Origin: Octopus sinensis
Taxonomy: Eukaryota
NCBI RefSeq assembly: GCF_006345805.1
Contig: NC_042999.1
Location: 122,760,001-122,824,000 of the forward strand
DNA: 64,000 nt
Direction of reading: 5' to 3'
Made by a program: the position numbers and the translations under genes. This document shows, piece after piece, positions 49,100 to 62,870 of the stretch (position 1 is the first letter of the stretch; the number at the start of each line of letters is the position of its first letter). The notes under the pieces are model-generated. The model saw only the letters and a program-made list of their open reading frames with translations. It ran no database searches and had not been told where the DNA came from.

Positions 49100-50650
49100 T
49101 GTGGCATTTGAAGGAGAGGGCATAGATAGAGAAACCATTTATCCTTTCATAATGTCTCACAGTTATGTGGGCATGTGTCTTCAAGAAACTCATTGAGTGT
49201 GCAGCGCTAGAGTTATGGATAAATATTGAAGCATGAATAAGTAGCTACAGTTATGGATAAATTTTGAGGGTTGAATATGGTTATGAGCATTCCAAAAGTT
49301 CCAGAGCATCTCTCTGACAAAGGATGTCATTAATTTGGTGATCAGCTAGTGAGACTAACTGGTTGATAATTGACAGGGGTGGTATGCTAGCTCTTTTGGA
49401 AAGGGAAATAATGCTACCAATTTTTCAGTAAATCTGCCAACATAACATTCAGCAGTCTCTTTGGGATCATTAGTATTCTGACCTATGAGGAATTGCAGAG
49501 ACGGGCAAAATGAAAGTAAGGCCTCTGTCTCAAATTCCCATATTTCCAGAACACTTTATTATTCATGTTGGTTGCTATGAATTGTTCAGATTTAGGTGCT
49601 GCATTTTTAGTCATCTGCTTGATATGGCCCGGTAATCTGCTGCATCTTCTATTATCTTCTGTTCTGTGTAATCTGTATTCACTTTCAACGTCTTGTCATC
49701 CTTTTCTGGTGAGGCAAACAGCTGCAGTCTTACAAATAATACCTTTAAGTTTCTAACATGTTTACAGGATGATTCTGATGCTTTGCATACAGCCCGGATT
49801 ACATTGAGAATGTGCTGAAAAGTGGTATTAATATCTCATATCTCTGGAATCATAAAATTCAAGCCGGTTTGAGTGTTTTTAACTCAGTACAACACAGAGT
49901 GCTATTCAGCTTTGTTCTAGGCAAAAAAGCAGCTTGTGTTGGTGGTGATGGCAGTGGTGGCAGCAGTAGTAGGGTTAGATACAGCAGTAGTGGCAGCTTT
50001 TTTTCCACCCATAAAATACAAATTGACAATAGTCATGAAGCCACTGGAGTTATTAAAATGTTCTCTGGCAGTGGAGATAACAGTTTTTCAGGAGTGGTTA
50101 CATAGAAAATCTACCTCTTGGGTGACTACTAGGAACCAGACACATTGGACACTATATCAAAGAAATTGTTTGTAATTTGCATCTTGTCAAATGTTTCCCA
50201 GTCAGGGTTATTTAAACCCCCAGTATTGAAAGCACAGGTAACTGTTTTCCTTGATGCAGCTCTGAGGATGTCAAAAAGCTGTGTCTTGATAATAGTAAAG
50301 AAAAAAAACATGTAAAAGGTAGTTACATGCTTACATAGATGTTCTTCTAAATGCCTAAAAATATCGTAAAGAATTGCTGAAAATCTTGAGCAACCATAAG
50401 CCATCATTAAAATGGTCTTTTGTGAAACAGGTTGTAGCCAATCATGCCAAAACACTAATGCAGAGTAAACAATGAGCCCAGGTTATCAAGACTGCAATGA
50501 AATCAAGATCAGTATTTTTAACATAAGAGTATAACAAATTCAGACCTTCTTGCATAAACTGTGGCCATTTAAATACAGTAACCTTATAATTCTTAGGGCA
50601 TGGTATATTATTCTCATTTAAGTTTCTCAATTATTTTCACTGCTATCAAT
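49100..50650 (-). mobile_element. Highly decayed APE-type LINE ORF2 (I/Nimb- or CR1-group)
   Basis: Minus fragments NNPDWETF, KVFWKY, NDPKETAE and IISLSK...NYQPVSLTS..KLM (RT domain 1-like). Confidence 0.6.
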
Positions 50651-53600
50651 TGTTGGTACTCTCAGAATAGCTTGTCTCCCATTTTTATATGTCACCAGAC
50701 TAGACAAATTTCTCTATTTTTCTATCATTTTGTAAACTAAAATGCACATGTAGTGCAGAGTCACAATTCAAGAAAGCTACTGTAGATCGACTGTTTGACA
50801 GAATTTTTAAGAGGGATAGAAATAGGCAAATAAACATTTTATTTGATTGCCATAAATAATTTCATTACAGAAATCATACATCACAACACTGTCATCTCTA
50901 TATAAAAAAACAAATAATTTGGAGTTCAAACAATAGCTAAAAAAGAATGTCAGACAAGTTGCATATAAATAATAGTATTAATTTATACATGCATTCTAAA
51001 GAGGGACTTTTTAGCCTAAATTCTATTACAAAACATTTTTTATATAAAATAAAATAGAAAATGTTAAGTGTCAACTGTCTCAAACAACTTTGATATTTAG
51101 AATTTATTTACACATGAAATAGTATGTGACACAATGATTTATAAAAGAACATTTCTAGAAAGAACGCATAACTGAAACTGAACAGTATGCAGTTTACTCA
51201 AATTGTTTGTTATTTTTATTTTTAGAAAAGCTACCTGATTTTCCTTCTTTCTTTGTTATCAATACTTTACATATATTGTTATTTTATGGGCATCACTTAA
51301 TGTAAATCATATAGAACATTTTGATAGCATGGCAGCAATTTAAGTTACATTCAAATAATCCTTTCAAATAATAACAGTAAACAGTTTTCATTTACTTGTG
51401 ACTTAATTATGGAATTCAAGACATGCAGTTGCAAATCAATTTTGTATTTGGCTTCAGAATTTTAAATAGCTTTCAAAATTTACTTTAATCTCTTCTGTTA
51501 AAATTTTTATTGTCATATTTCACAAGTAATCTTTTGGTTCTACTTCTCAAAGTTTGCTGTATCTCTCTTGCTACCCAATAAAATATGCTTTATTAGTAAA
51601 TTTACCTATTACTGCTAGCCCCTAGTTTCATATTTACTGTTAAATTATAACCATTACATTGGCTACCTTTATTTTTTCTCTCTTCCTTTTCCTATTTCTC
51701 TTTCTTTATCTTTTCTTTCTTCTAATGTGGGTTTTGCATCTCAAATACAAAACACTTTTATCCATTGTCAACATAGATTAACAGGTTACACCTACACCTA
51801 GAATTCTTTGCTTTGTTTCTCTCAAAATTCTGTTATGCAACACTTCCTATTCTCTAGTTATACTGCAAGGTCAAATCAAGTAAATATTTTTTTTAATATG
51901 TGGAAAAATAGAAAATTCCAATTAAATTTGAAAATGTTAATTTTTTTTTTTCAAATGTATTACATTTAACAAGCAAGGTAAGAAATATAAACAAAACATT
52001 CCAAACATAAAAGATATTTATTTCTAACAAAGAATATCTAATTATAGCATCAACTCATTATATATTTCCCATTTCTTTTTCAGATCAGTATTTCTTTGAT
52101 TCACACCTAGTTAATGTACATATCAAAATTAGTTGCCATGTTTTTTTCACAAGATAACTATTTTACTCAAGGCTAATTATTTATTTTATTTTCATTTACC
52201 TTTTCATTTTTGTTTTTAGAAATCTATCTACAGGTTTATAATTGACTCTATAAAGTATATTTTGATTCTCGGTAAAAAGCTGAAGCTAATAGCATATAAT
52301 ATAACAGATTGTATCATATAAGTCTTTATATATGGTTTTGTTACTTCCCTTCTATAGCCAAGTCACAGAATACTTAAATATTAAAACTCTTTTGTTGAAA
52401 GTACAGACAGAAAATGTTTTATGGCAAGTTAGCAATTAATTTTGGTTTAGTGTCTTCAGGTTATATTGAAGAATGTAAAATATTGCCCTGGAAAGCATTC
52501 AGTTATGTTAGTAAACCTGAATGGAGATTTAAGGAGTTACTTCAGAAGTTTTTGTAATAAATAAACTTGAAAAGAAATATTATATGTTATTTTGCTTTTT
52601 GTTTTCAAAATAAGACCCCAAAAATTGTAAATATTTTATAAGTCAAGAAAGAGTTTCCTGATTTTTCCTCCAGTATCTCTCTCCCTCTTTTTCTCTCCTC
52701 CCTCCTCTCTTTCTCATTATACATGAAAATAAACAAATAAATCAGTTTGAATCTGTAAAGCATGTGAGGCTTTAACGTTTGAACATTGTTACCTTCAGTC
52801 AGATAATTCAAAGAAAGGCTACATTTTCATACATTAATTAAAACAGTTTTGTACTTTTATTTATGACGCAATATTCATTTGTTGGAGGCTGGTCATACCA
52901 AAACTTATTTTACACAGTCGATTCTTTGTAAACTAGATCTAAAGTTGTATTTATTAATGTAGACTTTAAGCTGACAAATGTGTCTTACACATTTGTCTAC
53001 AGCTTATCTGAATCATTGCTTGAATTGCTTGTTGCTTTTATCGGCATCATTATAAACTCACTTTCCAACAATAGCTTATTTTAGATGAACTTGTTTGATA
53101 ACAGTGTTTCCTTTTGTTTCACATCTCTAAAATAAACACAGACTGTTTCGTATAACATTTCTTCTTTGTTTCTGATCAGCTTTTTATATTCCCTCTCCCA
53201 AATCTCATATTGTGCAGTTGACATTAATATAATAATGATATTAATATAATAATGATTTCTTTCTTATGCACAAAGCCAAATTTTTTAGGGAAAAATTAAG
53301 TCAGAAGAATTAAACACCGTTTCTCTTTAATATTATTTTATTGACTCACAGAAACGAAATCAAAGCTAAAATTATTGGTGTGACTGGAACTCAGTACAAT
53401 GAAAGATGACAGTAAAAATACTGTAAGGTATTCACATCAGTATTCTACAGTTCCAACCATCTTCAAATGATGGTAATGCTGCAAATGATTAAGAACAGGA
53501 TGTAATCAATAGCTATAAATGTCAAATTAAATGATGAAAGAAAATTTTTAGTATAAAATGTTTTGGCAAAATTCTATCAAATAATTTTAGATATGAGCTA

Positions 53601-54239
53601 TATCATTCCAAAGATTTATATCTAGAGGGGTAATGTGTCATGCTCTGAGGATAGCAGTCCACTTTGCAAGTAAAAAATTACCAAGCCTACTTTATTACAG
53701 ATTATTTGTCTGCTAGAATTCAAAAAAAAAAAACAGCAGTTTGTAAAATAAACATCTACTCCAGAAGCACTCATCTTGTAACCAAATTGTAAATAGGGAA
53801 GCAAGACATAAATGCCTTTCATTTTATTATTTTGAAATTAAAATCAGCTTCTAATCAATGTTTTGGTTGTATTTCATTTAAAATATTCTTAATCTGTAAT
53901 AAAATAAACAACCAATATTTCTAAAAGCAATATTGTCTGTTTGATGAATTCCACAACCAATATCTCGTTTATAATTTAAGTCAAATAGATGAAAATAGAA
54001 ACTTATTATTTGTCAATTTGTTACATCTGAGAAAAAAAAAGTAAAGCTATTTGTTCTCAAAGACCTCCTTTGAATTATTTATAAAAGAGTTTATTTTTCG
54101 CTGTTAACTGTAAACATTTCAATATAACCATAATCTTAATCATTATCATTGTTAAAAATTCTAATCATTGTAATCCTCCTCCTCATCATCATCATCATCC
54201 TCATCATCCTCATCATCATCATCACCATCACCTCCATCA

Positions 54240-54590
54240 TCAGTCTTATGTTCCTTTTCCATGCAGCAAGACAACATTCCATTCAGTGTCTTGATCCTGC
54301 AATTTTTTTTTCTGTGAAGTATGTTCTTAGATCTGTTGCAACAATTTTTATTATTGCCTTATGACATCTGCATTTACTGAGTAACTGACTTACACCACCT
54401 ATTTCCAATGATTTTCACCCTGAATGCCACATCCATTCATGTTACAGATCACTCACATTTATGTTAGTTTTTCATGTACACCGATGTTGCCCATCCTGCT
54501 GAACATGCTAGCTTCATTCCTTTATAATTTTTGCAAATCCTCTACAGCTAGGTCCTACATCTCACTGCCATGAATCATTACTGTTTATAC
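54240..54590 (-). mobile_element. Decayed RTE-clade LINE 3' region
   Basis: Minus translation MIHGSEM*DLAVEDLQKL*RNEASMFSRMGNIGVHE resembles the RTE LHGSETW...RNEASMLRWMC region; it abuts (CAT)n. Confidence 0.65.
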
Positions 54591-55966
54591 AGAAAAATAA
54601 TAAATTTTTCACACTTTCTTTCAGCTAAGTTCTACTCACGACATATTGTTCAACTCTAGGCTTGTTGCTTTTGTTACTCTCTTGAAGTTGTTTCTTTATT
54701 CAATCCACAGATTTTTTTTAAATCTATATATGGTATATCAAGTTTGCAGAAGTATTGGCAAGTGAAGACATGATTTTATGGTCGTTCATCAGAGTTGATT
54801 TATGTAAACCTCTTTTTTTATATATTTGTTTTTTTTTTTTTTTTTGCTGTATTTAGTTTAGATGTTAGCTGTTTGCAGTGTAATCCAATTACTTGCAATA
54901 GTTTTGTTTTACTGTCAATACATACTACTTACTACCATTTTTATGATCAAATTCAATATAGAAATGTAGTGGGCAACACTAACTGCCTTTTGAAATTTCA
55001 CCTTGATGCTCAACAGATCCCAATTATTTCTCTTTTAGCAATGTGCCATCATTGGTTGTCAAAGTTATTGTGTGGTACATGAAGTTATTTTCTTTATTAG
55101 ATTTAGTTGTATTTATTCTGAATCTATAAGTTTCAGGTTCAAACCACAAGATTAATCTCACCTTTCATTCTTCCAGTCAAGTACAGAGATCAATATAATT
55201 GACTCCCACACTCCTAAATTTCAGGCCCTGTGCTTGTGTTAGAAACAACTATATCATTATTATTGTTGATGTTGTCATCACTGTTTCTGTTATTGAAGAC
55301 CAAGACAGCAAAAAGAGCAACAAAGCCCACTTTTCAGAGAACTATCAGCCAAAATCTCTAGGGATAGTAAGAATAATCACTTTACGCCCTGTATTAGAAA
55401 GAAACCAGTAGACAGTAGCAATCAGTAGTGCTACTCCATCATCTCAAAATGAAGAAGAAATAATGGTTGCAGAAGAAAATGTACAAACTGTCAAAGAAAC
55501 ACTGAAAGAAAATGAAAAAAAATATAAAAAAATTAAAAGTCAACACAAAAGAACACTAAATGAGGGAGAAGGAACAATTTCTTCAAAGGACCAATGATAT
55601 ACCATCTCAGAAAAATAATGAATAGGGCAAAGCGCTATGACTCACTCTCCTTAGAAAAATGAAACAAACAACTGATCAACAAATTCTCACTTGTGTGAGT
55701 GATTTCAGAGATATTAAAAAAAAAGTGAAAATAATGCAAGTGCAGCTGAGCAGAAAACTGACTTGTGGCATTCATTCTGGTTTTTAATATTCTGAGTTCA
55801 TATCCTACCAGGGTTAACTTTATCTCTCATTCTTTCAGAGTTAATAAAATAAAATAAAAATCTTATCAAAGATTGATAGTGTTAACAAGCACCCATTAAA
55901 ATTGTTAGCTTTGTGCCAAGATTATTATTATTATTATCATTATTATTATTATTATTATTATTATTA

Positions 55967-56298
55967 GTTCATATGCACACAGCAGATTAAACTGTTGGAA
56001 AAGAAAAATTCCTAACATCCGGTTTCAACAAGTTACCTTAGATGCTAAAAACCTTCCTAAGTATCCTAGGTGTCCCTAATAATACTGTTTTCTGAAGCTG
56101 CACTAAATTAGGTTTTATGCCTATTTCCTCTATCCATTTTTAGAGAGAGTTCCTAATGACCTATAACTACAGAGATACAATTTATCCATACTTTCCATAG
56201 TTTCTGTAACTCAATGGCTAGGTCCTACTACTTTGCTATTTTCATTATACTTCCCATATTGACGTTCTCATCATTTGGGAATGTAAAGTCTATTATCA
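55967..56298 (-). mobile_element. R4/Dong-clade LINE 3' end with (TAA)n tail
   Basis: Minus translation IIDFTFPNDENV...DLAIELQKLWKV...LVQLQKTVLLGTPRILRKVFSI*, followed by (TAA)n at 55921-55966. Confidence 0.8.
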
Positions 56299-56352
56299 TT
56301 ATTGAGTGAGAGAGCAGAGCATGTCATCAAAGTGATACTAGGGTAAAATATA

Positions 56353-57634
56353 CAAGGGATGCTCATTAAAGATTTCCCTTGACCCACTTCCTAAGGACTG
56401 GGATAAACGAAACTTGACATAATTATTAGTCCTTTTCTACGTAGCTACCACCAATGGTGACATACTTCTCTCATCATTTTATGCAACTCTGAAGACCTCA
56501 TCTGTAGAAGTCAGTAGGCTGTGTCCGTAGCCAAAACTTTGCCTTGCAAATAAGTTCATCTAAAAAGCACTTCCCTTCTAAAAAACTTCATGGCTGGAAA
56601 GAGGTGGAAGTTAGATAGATGGTGCATGGTCGGGAGAGTAAGGGAGATGAGGAAGGATTTCATAGCTGCAGGAGTGTGCCTTCATCTGGACAATATGTGC
56701 ATTGTGAACTGGAGTGTTGTCTTGGAGGAGGCAGACTCTTTTGGTCAGCAGGCCATACCTCTCTGCTTTGATGGCATCACACAATTTCTGCAGCAGAGAA
56801 GCATAATATGCCCTGTTAACTGTGATGCCCTTTTCCAGAAAATCCATCATCACTACTGCATGCTGGTCCCAAAAGACTGTGAACATCACCATGCCTACTG
56901 AGGGTTGGACACAAGCTTTCTTTGGAGGTGGCGAGTTATCATGCTTCCATTGCTTCAACTGGACTTCAGTTTCAGGATCATAGTGATGGACTCTTGTTTC
57001 ATTGTGTGATAAGTCTACCAAAAAAGTCTTCCTCATTTTCTTGGTACTTTGCTACAAGAGCCTGGGAACAATTGCCTCATTCCTGTTTCTGAAAAGGTGT
57101 GGGCATCCAGGGAATCCATCATGCAGACAACTTCTACATGTGCAAGTGGTCGTGAATGATTTTTTCTGTGAAGCCTATACTTTCTTTACTTCTTGGGTTA
57201 GTTGCCAAATCCTCCAAAATGCAGCGATCCTCCAAAATGGCAGCCTCTATTTTATGGATGATGTCATCATCAGTGGCAGAATGTAGTCGTCCAGGAATAG
57301 GATCAGTTTCCACCGATGTCTGACTACATTTGAATTGGCAATGCTAGTGCTTGACTACATTGTATGATAGTGCACCATCACCATAAACTTCTTTCATCTC
57401 ATTGAAAGTTTCTTTTGGTGTACAACCTTTCAAGTATAAAAAACCTGATCACTGATCTGCATTCAACTGCCTCCATTTTAACACCTTAGTTCACTTCAGC
57501 AGCCATAAGGGACAAACAAATACCAGTTTAAAACTATATGTAACATGTAGAGACGTATGATCATACTTGTACAAGTTCCATCTCCTGCAATAACTGAAAG
57601 TTGGTCAGAGGAAATCTTTAATGAACATCCCTTG
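56353..57634 (-). mobile_element. Mariner DNA transposon, full length (about 1.28 kb)
   Basis: TIRs caagggatgctcattaaagatttcc / ggaaatctttaatgaacatcccttg; TA at the left end, AA (mutated TA) at the right end. Confidence 0.93.
56426..57476 (-). pseudogene. Disrupted mariner transposase
   Basis: MEAVECRSVIRFLYLKG...ETRVHHYDPET...VFWD...LLQDNTPVH...PYSPDHAPS...GGSYVEKD*, with internal stops and frameshifts. Confidence 0.9.
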
Positions 57635-58111
57635 AACGAAGGCCAATATACCCATCATGACTACTAGTCTGATAAGGGTACACCAGGCACATGCACCACA
57701 ATCATATGTGTGCAACATGGTGATCTCATATCAAGATAAACAGTACATGACCTTACAGGCGGGGCCCAGTTAGAATTTTCTTCAGTTCAAGTAACCTATC
57801 CCGCTCAAAAGGTCCCTGAATGAGGTTTGTTTAAGGATGTTGAACAAAATATCCATGTTTCCAAAGGCAAATTATCCAAACACCAAATAATTCCTCTCAA
57901 CACATGGCTATGATACTCCCCCACTACTTCTGCTCATATCACCAAAGATGCACATATCATCAGCCACCAAAGGACATGCTCACCTGATTAAGGTCAAACA
58001 ACTAACAAGCAAATCTGTGATATTGAGCAGAATATTTGCTGTAGCCCATCATTTATACCAAAACAAAACACCTGCATAATTTATTATAATTATTATTATT
58101 ATTGTTATTAC

Positions 58112-58141
<30 letters not shown>

Positions 58142-58142
<1 letters not shown>

Positions 58143-58285
58143 TGGGTTCAAATTCTGCCAAGGTCAAATTTACTTTACATCTTTTTGAAGCCAATGAAAT
58201 AAGAACCACCTGAGCACTGGGGCTGATGTACTCAGTTAGCCACTCACGCCTTAAAAGTGTTGGCCTTGTGCCAACATTAGGAATC
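58142..58285 (+). mobile_element. SINE family C, 5'-truncated
   Basis: ggttcaaattctgccaaggtcaa..ttt.catc...ggccttgtgcc motif. Confidence 0.7.
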
Positions 58286-61002
58286 ATCATCATCATTATC
58301 ATCCTTGTAAACTTTGTCATCAACATTATTAATGCTGGCTTTGATTAAAGGCAAATGTCTTTTGATTTCAGGTAGGACTCAAATTTCTCTAGTAAAAGCA
58401 TAATCATCACAACTTCTAATTACTCACTGTTTTAGAATCTAATGTTTTATGCAGTAAATAAAGTCTACTGTTTCTAGTCATAAGAATTTCTTCATCTGTG
58501 TCAGACATTGCATTATACCTTGAGCATAACACTTATTTCCAATTTACTTTATAACAAAGAAAAAACTCATAACAAATGGTAATGGAAATTATACAGATTG
58601 TACAAAGTGAGACTAAATTTAAATACTTTTCAGATCAATGTTCAAACTTTACAGGAACAGATTTAACCATGTCATTGTTTCATTATTGATCAAATAAGTA
58701 TGACTAATATAGAATTGTAAAATTATTTAATTGTTCTATGTTCCCAAATAAGTAGGCCCTCAATTTTTTTTTAATAAAACAGAAAGATATTGTGTTATGA
58801 AGAGTAACATTAATACTGGACTAATCACTAACAAATCACTAGTAGTTTGCTTAGAAGTCACATGGTGCTAGGCTTGATCCCACTCAGCAGCAAATTCAGA
58901 ATATGTTTTCTACCATGACTTTGAGTTGAGGTCATGCTTTGTAAAAAAATAATGAGTAAATTGAAAATGTGCAGAAGCCTATCAATTGAACTGCATATGA
59001 TAAGTAGTGATTTATCTTTCCTTTCTCTCACTAGTCTCACATGTCCTTTAATGAGAATGACCAATGCTATCCCTCCGAACTAAGCCGTCAAAAAATCTAT
59101 GAAATTATACATCAATAAACCCAAATTTACTTTACTATACAGTAAAGTAAATTTATTTACAGTATATGCTTTTGGTTTTCTAAGCATTTATAGCTGCTAA
59201 AAGCAGGCATTAGAACAGCAGAACATTCCTAAATTAAGGATGTTGGGAAACATATTTTCATGAAACTGATTTTCTCTAGTGATTTGGTCTGAGTTTAAGA
59301 CTCCTGATAAAGTGGTTCTATACTCTCAGAATTAGAATATCTCAATAAAGTTTTTGGTAATTCATTAACAGTAATACTACAGGCAGCAATAACAATATTT
59401 ATAGCTTCATTAGTGTCAGCTTTAACAATGATTTCTTATATACAAAGCAAACATTTTCTGTGAAGTAGAAGCAATTCAGTTGATACAAGGAAATGCATCG
59501 ATGTTTGTTTTATGACCACCAGAAATAGGAAAGCAAAGTGAAATCCAGTTGGGTTTCAACTCAGATCAAGGAACAAAATTCAATACCTTTTGCAATTAGT
59601 CCAGTACTCTGTCATTTATTAAAGCTGAAAATAGCACTGTGGAGATAGCATAATTGATAGTGTACAGGACTGATTGCAAAAGGTATACCAGTAAGTAAAA
59701 TCACTGTTTGTTACATCACTGCTTACCTGTGTCATTAAAAATATCAATGTATTTATAACATTATAACTGTGGGAAATGTTACCAAAATCATTTAAAAATA
59801 TTTATGAATTTCACTATGCACTTACTGTTGAAGCAATTGCTTCTTATAATAACAATTCACCTGTGTTAAAAGTCCACCAAACTGAGATAGACTGAAATGT
59901 ATCTCTCCCAAGTAGGCAACAGAACTGCTACAAGTAAGGTTGTGAATTTATAATTATGAAGCTAATATTCTATATGTTTATACTTGTTACCTTCTGATCA
60001 GAGTCCATTTTGTTCTTGTCAATTTTTCATAACAATATATCACATTTTATACCCAACATTTTTATAACTGAAATAAGCTGATTCTTTAAATAAACTATTA
60101 TAACATTTCATAGCCTTTATACAACATTAGTTCATATCCTGTTAGATTCAGCAGTGCATTTAAAATATTTAAGACGAAGATTCTCCATAAATTGGCATCC
60201 AAAATATTATGTGAAAGCAAGTTTATGTAAGAAGTGAGTTTATAGTCAGCTTTATGTACATATCCAAAACCCAAATAAACAGAAATAGATTTTATATGTT
60301 TATAAACAAGATAAACCAATCAACATAATTAGCAAAATTTTCTTTGAGATTAATGTCATAGTGAATAAGAACTATTTTGTAAACGAAAAAAAAAATAGTA
60401 GATACAGAAAAGGATGAAAATGGGTAATAGAAAGATGAGAGTTTGAATATTTTGATTATAAAATATAATAAAAAAAAAAAGAAAGAATGGAAAGAAAAAT
60501 GAGATTTTTATGTATTTCTCTTAAGAGCAAAAATTGTTCAAACACTATTTTTGTATTTCTTTAACAATTTCTATCAGTTATGTTATGGTTCAAGTATAAT
60601 TTATTTTTGATCAATACTTTTAACAGATAAAATTGCAAAAACAGCGTGACAGAGCTAATCATAATAAAATAAACTTTCACATTTCCTGATCGTTATATTT
60701 AAAGAAAAAATATTTTTAGTGGTTATCCATTTGATATTTTGGCACATGACGATCATAGATTACTGTAGCATACCTAAATTGAATTTGCCAGGTGTACTCC
60801 AAAAGTAACCTGATTTGTAAAACAAATTTAGGTTAAAATTTCTTAAATTATATGCAGAATACCTAATGGATGATGTAGTTAATTTTTTACATTCAGAAAT
60901 ATATATTACCTTTTATCAGTACCTGAAAATGAGTATTTTTTTTATTTAAAAAATAAATTTTCCAATGCTAAACTACTTTTAATAATAAGCTAAAATAATA
61001 AA

Positions 61003-61057
<55 letters not shown>

Positions 61058-61059
<2 letters not shown>

Positions 61060-61262
61060 CCTTTCTACTACAGGTACAAGGCCTGAAATTTTGGGGGAGG
61101 AGATAATTCGATTACATTGACCCTAGTGCAAAGCTGAGACTTTTCATCAACCCCAAAAGAATGAAAGGTAAAGTCGACCTCGGCAGAATTTCAACTCAGA
61201 ACATAATGACAGAAGAAATGCCACTAAGCAGATTACCCAGCATGCTAACGATTCTGTTGAGT
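61058..61262 (-). mobile_element. SINE family C with (TAA)n tail
   Basis: Antisense family C sequence; long (AAT)n at about 61003-61058. Confidence 0.8.
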
Positions 61263-61264
61263 CC

Positions 61265-61497
61265 TTGAGGACAGTATCAGAAGGCATCATGAAGAATATA
61301 AACGAAATTGAAATAGAGTACCCAGCAGAACTGTTATGAAAGGTTTGCCTCCTTGAGCACAACCTGAATAATCAGGAAAGCATCAGATAGTAGAAAAGAA
61401 CAATTAGCATGATACCGTAGACTGCAGGCAACAAGCCCATTATGCATGCAAGATTCCAAGAGTTCTAACAAAACCTGAGATAAAAAGAAATAATAAT
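61265..61497 (+). mobile_element. R4/Dong 3' end, same family as 22085-23545
   Basis: Aligns with the reverse complement of about 22090-22290 (agaactgtta...aaggtttgc...aatcaggaa...agactgcagg...aacaaaacctg...aaataataat). Confidence 0.8.
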
Positions 61498-62324
61498 TCT
61501 TTCTAATTTTGGTACAAGACCATCAACTTTGAGGGAAGAGGATAACACTGCCCCCCACACACACCACCCACACCCCTGTACACTATTTTTTCAATCCCAA
61601 TCTAGGTAGATGGCCCTGAAAGTTGATTTAGCTGCATACACACCATTTGTGAACAAGTGAGACATATTCTCCTTGACGAAATGTAATGAGTAGTTTGTTC
61701 CCCAATTTGAACAGGCATCAAGCATATTCGAACTGATAACATTGCAATTTTACCTATCGCTCACTTAGCACTCCCACTCCACTATTTTTTCAAATCCAGG
61801 ATGTTGAAAGACAAAGTTACCCTTGGTGAAATTTGAACTCAGAATGTAAAGAGCAAGGAAAATTGCCGAAATTTGTCAATCAAGGATACTTGTGTGAGAA
61901 GAAGCTTAAAAGAACTGACATATTAATCAACTGAAAGCATTTCTTAATGTAAAAGTATAATTTTAAAGATGAAGTAGAAACTATTTTCATCCCATATATG
62001 TTATGTATTTGTGAAGCTAATTGCTTTAATAAGTACAGTCTAAACATCCCAACTTCAACATTAAGGCTTAAGCACCAAATTTTTAGTCAGCTGGCCCACG
62101 AGTTTATCTATTTCAGTATTCTCTCTTTAAAACTCTTCTTTAAAATACATCTATATTGTCCTCATCATGAAACTCATCCTCATCACCATTACTATTCTCA
62201 ACATCATTATCATTGTTATTGTTATTCCATTATCATCTTAATAACTGTTTTCCATGTTTGTATGTGTTAAAACAGTTGTGCAATGAGATATCACAGATTC
62301 TCTTAATCTTATAATAATAATAAT

Positions 62325-62870
62325 AATAATAATGAAATTATTGTATACAGGGCTCAGATGCACCACAACTTGTCAAAAGTGTGTATAGAGCATATGCAGT
62401 AATGTATAAATGTCTGGAAAGTGAACAGTGTATGAGTCAGATACATGCTTGCATGTGTATGGAGGGGAGAAAATCAGGTGTAGTGTTGGCGAATCTCAGA
62501 AAGCATGGAAGTTTTGAAGGATGCAGTGCTCTAACAACTAACAACTGATGCCGACAGTTTGTTCCCTACTTCAGCAACTCTTAGCGTGAAAAAATGTTTC
62601 TGAAAGTCATTGGAGCTGTGCTGTTTTCTGACTTTGTAAGCATGTTCATGGGTGTTAGACAGCTGGAGTTTGAAAAGGTGCTCAGAGTTATTGTTTGTAA
62701 GATGGTTAATAATTTTATGGGTGTCTGCCAAGTCAGCTGCCAGACGTTGGAGTTTCAATGTATTTCAATGCCCAGAGAAGTAAGGCGTTCAGAATATGAC
62801 AAATGCCTGATGGAGGGTATTCTTGAGTCATTTTATTCCAAAGCTTTGCTTCATGACATCTTCTAGTACC
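62325..62870 (-). mobile_element. CR1-clade LINE 3' end
   Basis: ORF 62531-62758 LQRLAADLADTHKII...THEHAYK...KHFFTLRVAEVGNKL..SVV resembles the CR1 C-terminus (TRGH, FF..RV..WN.LP); ends in an (ATT)n tail. Confidence 0.85.

Larger units (their letters stand above)
56300..58075. repeat. Unclassified interspersed repeat (about 490 bp) apparently split by the mariner insertion
   Basis: GC-richer segments 56300-56352 and 57637-58075 flank the mariner and are bounded by ATT tracts. Their continuity is inferred. Confidence 0.45.

Noticed and set aside
55410-55600. Glu/Lys-rich open frame (TVAISSATPSSQNEEE...KDQ*)
   Set aside because: No polypyrimidine acceptor or start context, and it lies among repeats; more likely a retroelement ORF1 remnant than an exon.
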